Shown here piece by piece: positions 12,001 to 22,000 of a stretch of DNA of 64,000 nt. The notes beneath the pieces were generated by a model. It ran no database searches and was not told where the DNA came from. It saw only the letters and a program-made list of their open reading frames with translations. Position 1 is the first letter of the stretch, and each line of letters opens with the position of its first letter. This DNA is from Raillietiella orientalis (Eukaryota): the NCBI GenBank assembly GCA_036172245.1, contig JAYWIR010000027.1, positions 868,001 to 932,000 on the forward strand, given 5' to 3'. Made by a program: the position numbers and the translations under genes.

Positions 12001-14428
12001 AACTGGCGTCTTGGGAGATTGGTACTCGCGAGGGGCGCGGAACCCGAGCTCACCTTCACGTGCCCAACGTTCGCTTTCGGATTTCGTACGAAATCGATGC
12101 TTTTAATGATTTCAACGTGAAAGGCAAGAATGACAGTACATTGCAATCACATGTAGGAATATCCTTCACTCCGCGCGAAAAAGGACAACATGTCATATCA
12201 GTGAAACGCATGGGCAATGACATCCCAGAATCGCCATTCAAGATCGACATAAAAGAATCCGAAGTCGGTAATGCCCTGAGAGTCAAAGTCAGTGGAGATG
12301 GACTGAAGCATGGGAAAACCCACATTGATAATACTTTCATCATTGACACAAAGGAAGCTGGTAAAAAAAAAAAAAAAAAAAAAAAGAATTCTCTGCAAAA
12401 AAAAAAAAAAAAAATGCTCTGGTTTCTTCCCGTAACAGGATTCGGCGGGCTGTCCCTGTCGATCGAGGGCCCAAGTAAAGCCGACATCAAGTGCGATGAT
12501 CTTAAAGACGGCAAACTGAAGATAGCGTACCGCCCTACAGAACCGGGATATTACATTATCAACTTGAAGTTTGCCGATCACCACGTGATGGGCTCACCTT
12601 TCACAGTGCATATCACAGGCGAAGGCTCGAATCGCCAGACAGAAAGAATCAAGCGCCACCATGACGCGGTGCCAACAACTGAAGTCGGGAGCAAATGCAA
12701 ATTCACATTCAGAATTCCCGGTAACGCAAAGCATGCGCTTTGGGTTCTCATCGGTTCCCATACTTAGGTGTCACTCCCTTCGATCTGGGTGCAACCGTAA
12801 CTTCGCCTGCAGGAGTTTCCGAAGACGCTGAAATCATCGAAGTGGATGACGGCTTTTACGCGGTGAATTTCGTCCCAAAAGAACTGGGAGTTCACACAGT
12901 ATCTGTGCGCTTAAGAGACGTTCATATTCCCGGTAACCAAAGAACCTCATTTCGTAAAGTGGGTCAACCAGCGATTCCCAGGGTCTCCCTTTCAATTTAC
13001 GGTGGGGCCCCTTAAGGATGGTGGGGCGCACAGAGTGCACGCGGGAGGCCCTGGCCTGGAGTGCGGCGAAGTCAACACGGCGTGCGAATTCAATGTGTGG
13101 ACACGAGAGGCAGGGGCGGGCTCCCTGAGCGTTTCCGTCGAGGGCCCTTCGAAGGCACACATCGACTGCAAAGACCGTAATGACGGATCCTGCTACGTCA
13201 GCTACACGGTTGCTGAACAAGGTAAACAAGCAGTGTTTAAAGATCGGGGGCAACGTTCGAAACAGGCGAATACTTAATTGGCATCAAGTTTAACGACCAG
13301 CATATTCCGGATTCTCCGTACCGTGTGTACATAACACCTGCACTGGAAGAGGCACGCAAAATAGAAATCGGGCAGTTTCCTGAAAGCGGTACGCTCACAA
13401 ACAAACCCATTGCATTTCTTGTACGTAAAAACAATGCCAAAGGGCAACTGGATGCTAAGGTAAATTGCTGTTTATTCTTGTCAATATTTCTACCGATGCC
13501 AACAGGTAGTGACTCCATCAGGAACAGAAGATGATTGCTTTATTGCTCCTGTTGACGAAGAAGATTACTCTGTGCGATTCCTGCCTAAGGAGAATGGCAT
13601 ACATCTGGTGCATGTGCGACTAAATGGAGTACATATACCGGGTTCCCCTTTCCGCATCAAAATAGGCAAGGATGAAGGCGATCCAGCTGCTGTGTCCTGT
13701 TATGGTCCAGGACTGCAAAATATTCGTACTGGCCAGAAAACCGACTTTGTTGTGGACACATGCAATGCTGGGACAGGCACACTGGCTGTGACAATTGAGG
13801 GGCCTTCCAAAGTAGCCATGAACTGCACAGAGGTGGAAGAGGGTTACAAAGTGAGATACACTCCTTTAGCCCCTGGAGAATATTACATTGGAGTCAAGTA
13901 TAATGGATATCATGTGGTGGGTTCACCTTTCAAAGTTAAGTGCACAGGTAAAGTACCTTCAATAATGCAACACCACAACTGCCTTACTGTACAAAAGGTA
14001 AAGAAGTAGCTGAGAAGGGAGCACAAGAGACTTCATCAGTGATTGTGGAAACTGTCTACAAGGAATCCAAGAAACATGCCGGACCTGTTATACCCAAATT
14101 TAAATCAAATGCATCGAAAGTCACCTGTAAAGGATTAGGCTTGAAAAAGGCTTATCTTAACAAGATGAATCAGTTTACTGTTAACACTGAAGATGCTGGT
14201 AAGTGAACCTGCTGAAACCAAAAAAGTAGTGACTCCTTTTCAGGTCAAAATATGCTTTTTGTGGGTCTAGTAGGGCCTAAGAATCCAACAGAGGAAGTAC
14301 TCATCAAACATACAGGGAGGAATAATTATCAAGTCAATTATTTGGTGAAAGATCGTGGAGAACACCTGCTCTATGTGAAATGGGGAGATGATCACATCCC
14401 AGGATCTCCTTTCCGAGTAGAATGTTAG
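1..14428 (+). CDS. cher: Filamin (cheerio/FLNA-type), 5'-truncated: C-terminal Ig-like filamin repeats including hinge and dimerisation repeat
   Basis: Phase-compatible GT-AG exons: <1-183, 251-413, 470-694, 804-980, 1046-1210, 1280-1636, 1698-1827, 1883-2039, 2140-2307, 2366-2520, 3371-3509, 5694-5823, 9705-9845, 10341-10469, 10799-10972, 11056-11220, 12157-12360, 12439-12720, 12768-12932, 12982-13221, 13266-13459, 13506-13947, 13998-14198, 14244-14428. Recurrent filamin motifs (GPG, VEGPSK, DNxDG, YxPxxPG, HIPGSPF). [20 protein letters not shown]...[16 protein letters not shown] is colinear with the Drosophila Cheerio C-terminus as recalled. Confidence 0.97.
3860..4090. repeat. Polypyrimidine/polypurine low-complexity tract in filamin intron
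   Basis: Almost pure C/T on the + strand (cctcctctcttcctcctctttcc...). Confidence 0.8.
7911..7920. promoter_or_regulatory. MEF2 consensus site in the long filamin intron upstream of the MPSS exon
   Basis: CTATTTATAG is an exact match to YTA(W)4TAR and is an isolated AT patch in GC-rich sequence. Function is inferred. Confidence 0.4.
10224..10298. repeat. Facing (GT)n and (CA)n microsatellites forming an inverted repeat
   Basis: gtgtgtgtgtgtgtg at 10224-10238 and cacacacacacacaca at 10283-10298. Confidence 0.85.
11591..11740 (+). promoter_or_regulatory. Putative internal promoter and alternative first coding exon of filamin
   Basis: Arthropod initiator ATCAGTT at 11591. ATG at 11686 followed by 49 coding nt ([16 protein letters not shown]+C) and a perfect donor GTGAGT at 11735. 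Phase 1 matches the acceptor at 12156/12157. Confidence 0.55.
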
Positions 14429-14521
14429 GCAAAAAGAATTGTTTAGCTTCTGATTGATTGCTGCCAAGAACTTGAAGATGCTTGCTCCCTTATTCAATTA
14501 TCCATGTGGTGGTTCAATTTG

Positions 14522-14527
14522 TTTATT
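14522..14527 (-). terminator. Polyadenylation signal AATAAA of SmF
   Basis: tttatt on the + strand, about 35 nt past the SmF stop codon. Confidence 0.55.
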
Positions 14528-14560
14528 TGCTTGTTTATGACCAAATACAATGGTTCCTGC

Positions 14561-16146
14561 TCAGTCTCTCATTTCTCCTTCCTCATCATCTTCCTCAACT
14601 CCACGGATATACAAGACATTATTGCATCGTATTAATACTTCTCCTAAATTTCCCGTGCAATTATTATCAATGTATTCTTCTGTATTTGCCAGATGCAGGT
14701 TCATGTACACATCAACAGAAACCAGAAACCCCTTATACTCATGGCCCCATTTTAGCTTAACCAGAACAGGTTTACCTGTCAAGCTATTCAGAAATGGCTT
14801 CGGATTTACTGGCAATGTTGTCTAAAAAAAAAAAAAAAACAGAAAAATTTCAAAATGCACAGGCACAAATAAGTATTCAACAAGTTCACATACATGCAAA
14901 CATTAGGAGCAAAATGCTAATCATTAACATATAGGTACTCATAAAATATACTACAGCAAAATCTGAACATTACAAACGGAAGAATACGAAGAAAAAAAAA
15001 AAAGGACTACACATGACTCGATGTTGTAAGCAACCTTCCAAACATACTAAACTATTCACTGGACAACTTCCTATTCTTCATGTTAAAGTGAGTCCACTTT
15101 TTAAAGTATGACTACAAAAGTGTCCCATGATTTTCAATTCATCTGCATAGACATCTATGAAGTTGGATGAAAGCATAAATTCAATTACTTGTCCACTGGG
15201 GGCAGCCTCTTAATATGTACAAATAGGCCAATAATACTCAAGATACTTCGATACTTCATAATTAGACAAACAAACGCTTATGGAAGATCATCAAACACTA
15301 ATAAAAACTACGCTAGGACTTACTCAATATTGGATTTATAACCTGTAAGAGGCCAGTTAATACATAAAAGAAAAAATCACATATAAGGTTTCTTAAAATG
15401 CACTTTCATTAAACTATCCTTTCATCCTCATGATAATAAAATGAAACAAAATGTAAGAAAACATACACCGGCCACTCCAATTACGTTTCATTTATTATAA
15501 TTAAGCAATGCACAGAATCAATCAGCAAAAAGCTCACATGGGCAGAGCATGACCACAGTCCTTTAAAATTCGTTGTTTATGATTTACGTTTCTTGCCAAC
15601 AAGTGCATCAATATCGAAAAATTGACGCAACGAGGACAAAAACCTAGAAAACAGGGAATCTTATTCAAACACTGTGCGTACAAAAATACGCATGCTTGAA
15701 TGGCTCGCACGATTCAATGTTTTCCTGTTGGGCGTGCCAGCAAAGTGCTTTGAAATAAAACATTCTAGCAACCCATCTTCACACACAATCTTATTCTACT
15801 TTGCGACCATTTTAGCTTTCCGCTACTCGTTGCAAATGTCAACTCTGAAGACTTCATCAGCGATGCAGAGAGAATATGGGGCCTACGAGTGTGAACACAA
15901 TTCTAAGAGAAATGAATACGACTTACGCTACTTTACTGAAAAATATTTGAGTATAGTGTGAAGCCAAATAACATTAATCCGATGTACCCGAGAAGATGCA
16001 TAACTTACAGAGTTTAAGTAAGAAACTGAACCACTGTGCAACTGTGGTAGATGGGATGGGTACTTTTAATGCACATAATACATTCACATTCTTCTTAAAT
16101 GCTTAAAAAAAAATGCGTAGAGATAAAGATAAATACTTACTGCCAT
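14561..16146 (-). CDS. SNRPF: Small nuclear ribonucleoprotein F (SmF)
   Basis: Exon 1 ATG GCA|gtaagt (16146-16141); exon 2 after a poly-T/TAG acceptor, 14821-14561. Product [88 protein letters not shown] has the SmF-type Sm1/Sm2 motifs. Confidence 0.96.
15324..15935 (-). other. Candidate non-coding/poison cassette exons within the SmF intron (15935-15927, 15643-15538, 15342-15324)
   Basis: tttttcag|TAAAGTAGC|gtaagt; ttttctag|106 nt|gtgagc; ttaactggcctcttacag|19 nt|gtaagt. Confidence 0.45.
15670..15895 (-). ncRNA. Candidate structured intronic RNA (two long hairpins, sno/scaRNA-like), unassigned
   Basis: Stems actcgt/acgagt, ctctg/cagag, attgtgtgtg/tacgcacagt, tgct-gaatg/cattc-agca and gcacg/cgtgc, with AGAATA (ANANNA) between the hairpins. 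No family recognised. Confidence 0.25.
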
Positions 16147-17525
16147 GGTATGAGTAAGAATAATACAGGTAGGCAAACAATCGAATAAAGCAAACGTTTA
16201 AAACTTATTTCACTTAGGGACGCGTGAACACGCCATGTTCAACTTCAAACTTTCCGAAGCGGCAAGCATCATAGTTGCCAAATTTAACGACATAATTTTA
16301 ATCTTTCAATCGTTCAAAATCACCAATTGAAAGCTCAAAAAACACGAAATTACTCAAGCTCCTAATGAAGAATTCACTAAAATGTCACAATAAGTATAGA
16401 TATTTCAGTACAATATTTAGCTGTCCATGAAAAATCTGTTATATTTTCAAAATATGTAGAAAACTTCAATGGAATGCAGTGTTATATATAAATAAACAGT
16501 TGCTATACTAAATGTAACTTGTAAAAAATTAAAATAAAATCCATGAGAAACATTTATTTATAAAGATTAAAAGCAGGAATATTTATGCAATTTCCTTGAA
16601 GCAGAGATTTAATACAATTATACTGTTTAAGTGTTTCATCAGGCTTACTGACATGAAAGCTGAATTGAAAAAGTTCTTCAATACCACTAGAGGGAGAAAA
16701 AAAATCAGAACAAGGGAACATAGATGTATTAATTTAAAGATCTATCTTAGGCAGAAAATTAGGATTTATGGAAAAGAAGTTCAAGAATGTCCAATGATGG
16801 AAGCAAAAACACAAAACACTTTCTACTACTTTCCATGCGTCCTTCACTTTTGACATTTGAGTTCTCTGTTCAATCTTTGTTTTTCATATCACAAAACATA
16901 TGGGAAGATATGTTTCTGAAAATTTTGTTAGTAGCTCCCACTATAGAGAGAATTTCCAAGGAAACAGTGGTATAAAGCGAACGAATATTTTTCGTGACAA
17001 TGAGAAGAAGGTATTTATTTCATATAAAGCAGCAATATCTACAATGACACATATCATAAAACTGTATCTATATACTATAATATACTATCTATGTAACATT
17101 CTATAAGTTCGAGGGAGAAATACTTGGAAACAAAAGCAGCTGATATTATTATTCGAGTTTTCTAAGTTTTGGACCCTGGGATGATTATGCTTATACTTAT
17201 TCACTGGAAGCTAATAACGAATTCAATGATCGGAGACCGTAAAAATTAGTCAAGCTTTGATAAATTTAATGAAATCAACGTGTTCGTAAGATTCGCCACA
17301 ATGTACGTTTCGTTTTTTCGTGTCTTCTTTTAAGAAGTGAAATCTTATTCATGGTGTTGAAGATGATGTATTTCATTATATGATTTGGGAAGGATGTTTA
17401 TTATTTGCATCATAATCGAGAAGTCACCTCCGTAAGCCATTTTCATCAATGATGATCACATTGTCAAGGACACTTATCATCGAAGTCTGAATATTTCCGA
17501 ATGCGGTGAAAGATTCTCTTAACAG

Positions 17526-18968
17526 AAAATTCTCTTACATCAGCGATATAACATTTCTGTCACTAGTTTAAAAGCACTGCCGTCTGAGATCAGACATTTG
17601 TTCCGTTGATGGGCAATGGCATCTATGTCACAAACTGTTTAGAGTTTGTTTTGATGCAACGTTCTTATATTCAGGATTCAACTACTATTTGTCCGTACAT
17701 CCTAAACAACATTTGGGAAATCCAACAAGTCTCTCCATGCTTTTCTGTGGTTACATCCCTCCTTATCTTGTCCTCCAAATTGGTCGATTTCGGTAAGTAT
17801 GGGAAAACACAAGACAGTGCTGATAGAGAGACAAGTGTTTACTAAGTTAGCAGGATAGCGCGCCTCTTTAATAAAAGTAAGCGTGATAAATAGTTGATGA
17901 CCTTACGGTGAAAAGAAGAGGAATAATTTGCTCGGAAGAAAACAGAAAGAATGTATACGGAAGAAATACTCACCTGGGTTGCCTGATTACAATGAGAGGA
18001 GACAGTTCTTAGACCCAGCTTCATGCCTAGATGTGTGTGTGTGTGTGTTTTGGACAGTAGTGAACTTGAGCAATTTATGAAAAGAAATCGTAGAAAGGCC
18101 GTAGAAAGAGAAATCGGGTCCTTTCTTTTCCGTTATTCCTTTCATGCATAACAGTTTATAACACGCTTTTAGCATAGGGGTTTTTTGTCTCTACTAGTCT
18201 AGATAGGGTTTAGAAGGATGAATGGCAGTTTAACGAAAGAACTAAGGAGCAGCTGGTCCTTGAAGAAAATCATCTTTGGTTTTGTTTTGTTTCTGACACC
18301 GAGGAAGTGTTGATTCTTCCGGAAACACATAGAGTTCGGCCTGATCTTTCTAAACGATCCCTAGAAAGTAAATATCCAAGGAGATTGCGACTTGGAGGCA
18401 GAAACCCTTGAGAAAACTGAAACTTGGGATCAGAGGACCACTGTGAGATGCAGGAGAGCAGGTTGATCCCCAGTTGGGAGATCCAGTCTGAACGCTATGG
18501 TTATTACTACCAGCGAGAGGGATATTATACTTTATGTGACCATAAGTTTCTCTCGTTGTCCTTTACAGACCTTTGACTTGGTTCCTTCTGAATCTTCTGG
18601 ACCTGTTTCGTTCTTGGCGGTATCCGTTTCTGACAATTCTGATGTATGTTGCACCTACCAGGATGAAGAAATGTGTCTCTTCATCGGACAATAACAACAA
18701 CAGCAAGAGTGACACATTCCTCTCAGATCTCTGCCACCTGCAAACGGAAATCCTCATTCCTCTGGAAAACAGGAAGCCGAAAAAAATTTCGGCTAGCAGG
18801 AAGAGAAAGAGCTCCTGGGGTTGCAGGGTAAAGTGCCAGATGCGACGTCTCAATCCTTTAGGGGCAATTACTACTACGCATGCGCTTTCTGGCCGGGACG
18901 AGTCCAAGCGCCTGGCGCACACGACAGGAGATGGAATTCCACTCAGAACCGCATCTTTTATCTCCTGA
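17526..18968 (+). CDS. Possible small spliced gene of unknown function, divergent from SmF
   Basis: Exon-like segments 17526-17604, 17675-17792 (cag|...|gtaagt) and 18569 onward (ctttacag|) join in phase: ...LKALPSEIRHLFRFNYYLSVHPKQHLGNPTSLSMLFCGYIPPYLVLQIGRFRPLTWFLLNLLDLFRSW... No homology recognised and no start codon found. Confidence 0.25.
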
Positions 18969-19039
18969 TTCTTTGTCTTTTCGCTTCCCTTTGTATATTG
19001 AGTGACCCTTGAGAGAGCTCTCAGCGGAAACCCTCACAG

Positions 19040-22000
19040 TCAGTGTCCGGGTGACGAGGAGAAAATGTTCCCGGAACTCTCCCTGCGGCTGTCTGTATCC
19101 TCCAGGCTGTTGATGGAATTCAGTGAAGTGTTGCTCCCCATGGGATCGAAGGAGCTCTGGACAGACATGGAACGGCCTCGCACGATCCGCACAGAATTCG
19201 TTATGTCTATGCTGTTGGGGTCTGCCTGCAAGGGAAACAGCGTTCGACCCGCGAAGCCTCCGGAAAAGCCAAAGAAGGCGTACCTGGTAAGCTAGAGCCT
19301 TCATCATCGTTTCGCTGGGCACGAGACCCAGGGGATGCACGTCTCTCATGAGCACGCTGGCTGGGATCATGTGAAATTTGATGTACTCGAAAAAGTTGTA
19401 CACCACGTCCTTGAGCTCGTTACCTGGGTTGTTGTCGCAATACTTCTTGCTCCACATGAGCGATGCCTTAGAGAAACCGAAAGATGAAAACAGCGGCGAC
19501 TGCTTTCCTCCCTGTTCAGTCGACGGGGAAATCGAAAAGCCCAAAGGGAGGCGGACGCGTCCGGGCAGCGCCTCGCAAGCGATCGGTGACCAGGAACACC
19601 GCCATGGGCCGGCAATTGCCTCTTTTCATACGACTGCCATAGCGCTACGGTGCTGTGGAGGGTGCTGCCGGAGGCGGAAGAGGACGGACTCTGCGACCCC
19701 AACTGGCGTGTTCCCAAGGGACTGCAACCCGAATTCGAAGGGCTTCGGCGAGCGGAATGGCAACCTACCGCTGGATCGAGACTTCTTCAAGCTCTCTTTG
19801 CTCTCCGGGAGAGGCCTGATCGGCGAAAGCAAGGAGGTGGCGCGTCTTCTCGTGGCGCGCGTGGGGGGAACTCACGAAGACAACGTCCCTTCCATACGAG
19901 CGGAGGTGATGTGGGTTCACCCCCAAGATTCATGGGGAAGGAAGTCGGGTGATTCCTCCAAGCTCATCGGATTCCCTGTGGGGACCAATGGCCCCACAGG
20001 ATGCGCGAAGATAAAATCGGTGCGGCTCCTCGAAACCTGTCCGAGTAATGTCTTCGGGAGGCACGCTCCTGTGTCGCTCCAGCCTGCTATCCATGCCTCC
20101 CTCCCCTGCCGCACGCAGCAAACTGGGTTCCAGGTCAGCAAGGTCTCTACGAAGGAGGAAATCTGCGTTCTTCAGGGACACCCTTTCCGCGCAAAGGCAC
20201 GTTCTGAACCGCTGGCACCGGAGAATTTTCCGCCACTGTGTGTCGAGATCGCCCGATTTTCGCCTCTGCGCGAGCCTGAAGTCGATAGAGGAAGGGAGGG
20301 CACCTAGTTCCGGTATCTTTTTCCTTCTTCCCTTTCGCGCTCCTTATGGAACGACGCTGATGTTCTGGAAACGGGTGCACCCTTCGGGATGCTCTTGCGG
20401 GCGTTGTATACCAATCATCTCTTCAGCCGGCGGCTCCAGTGACTCATAGGGAAGGAGCCGGGAATCCACAAGGAGGTCGAGAACACGAGAAGTCTCTCCA
20501 GGGTCCAGGGCCGCATGGAGCTACCATATCCGGGATCAGGAGACAGCTAGCGGGAGCTGCTGGTCGGGAGCCCAAGGACCTTGGAAGCTTCTTGAGATCT
20601 GGGCGGTGATCCCCGGAGGATCTCAGCCGCTCGAACATTCCCCAATGAGGAGCGTTTTCCTGGACTGAGAGCCGTGGTCCATCTTCCGCCCTTGACCAAC
20701 GCAGGCGCGGGCACGGGATCACCCTCCAGGATCCCTTTGCAGATCCCCAGGAGAAGATTGCAGAGAGTTTTTGCAGTTCCTTCCCCTCCACGAGATCCTC
20801 TGCTTGACAGTAGTTTCCCGGCAACTCCGAATGCACCAGACTGAAGCTGCAGCGCGCGTTGGCGACGGGAGGAAGGCATTTCCATGGAAGGAATGTGCCA
20901 GCTGCCCCTTGTTGTGACCACGTCTCTTTGCGTCGGTTGAGAGCCGAAGGAACCATTCGAGAGGGTGGGAGGGGTGGGGTGGACAGATAGTAGGACGGTG
21001 GTGCGCGGTTCCGAGGATTCTGCAGCCTTCGTTCCTCACGAAACCCGAGTTTGTTTGGTGACACGTTGCCTGGGGCAATGAAAACTGGAACCTTTGTGGA
21101 TTTGGGAAGTTGCATGCCATTTCGGCCGATGTTATGTGGTGTTGCCGTGCAGTGGCCTCTCTCTGAGGTTCCGGGCGCATATCAGGGGCTGCTGCCGTGC
21201 CAGCAGAATGATCCAACGAAAGGCTTGGTTTGGCCGTGGAAGGCTTAATCTGAGCCAGAGTCCGTTTGTACTGGTGCGCGCCTTGGATTGCCATCTCGCG
21301 GCCGCTTCAGAAACAAGTGAAGGAGGAAAAGTCCGTGGACAACGAGGGGCTATTTCCGAGTCGTTTTCGCAACACACGCAAACAGTGGCCAACAGATTTT
21401 TGCCATCCTTTATCCAGGTTTCGCTGGCTTTCGCTGATCCGTAAGATGCGTGCATACTACATGAAATCGTTCGCTGCTTCCGGGCTGTCCTTTCCGTTTC
21501 GCATTTCCAGTTAGCTTCCTAATGGTGGCCCTCAAAGAGTTCCGGGTCTATGCCGAGTGTGACCCTTCCACTTGATTTTCTTGAAGCTTCTGGACGCTCC
21601 AAGCCGAACGCAACATCGGAACGTCCTCTTCCTTCTGGACGGGATTACGGGATTCGTTCGACGGATCGGCGCCAAAATGTTCCAAAAGGTGATGAGCAAG
21701 GCAGATTCGGCATGAGAGCAGATGCCCTTGGTGGGTCTCCCAGCCTGGAAACGCGCCGCATCGGGGTCCATCCCGTGCCGCTGAACGCGAGGGCTGCTTG
21801 CTCGGCGCGGCTCGGCAGGTTCTCAGGTTGACCGTTTCGATACGAGATGGCAGCAAGGACGATCCGACGCAGATGCGCCTCGGTCATGGCGTGCGGACCG
21901 ATAACGACCTTGCAAGTACTTCGGGTACCTGTTGTGACACGAAGTGAGCTTTCACTTCTCGCAGTCCTTGATGGATGACGGCGATGATGCAAATGGTGTG

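Noticed and set aside
12361..12438. Poly-lysine stretch in ORF 12060-12767
   Set aside because: It is a poly-A-rich GT-AG intron that happens to be in frame; homopolymer length is also error-prone.
15800..15865. Hammerhead-like CTGATGA...GAAA...GTC on the - strand
   Set aside because: Stems I, II and III cannot be closed at the conserved core positions.
14822..16140. Intronic RNase P, RNase MRP or telomerase RNA
   Set aside because: No CR-I/CR-V pseudoknot motifs and no TTAGG-template sequence found.
17449..17587. C/D snoRNA-like ATGATGA...CTGA
   Set aside because: Spacing is atypical, there is no terminal stem, and rRNA complementarity is only short and imperfect.
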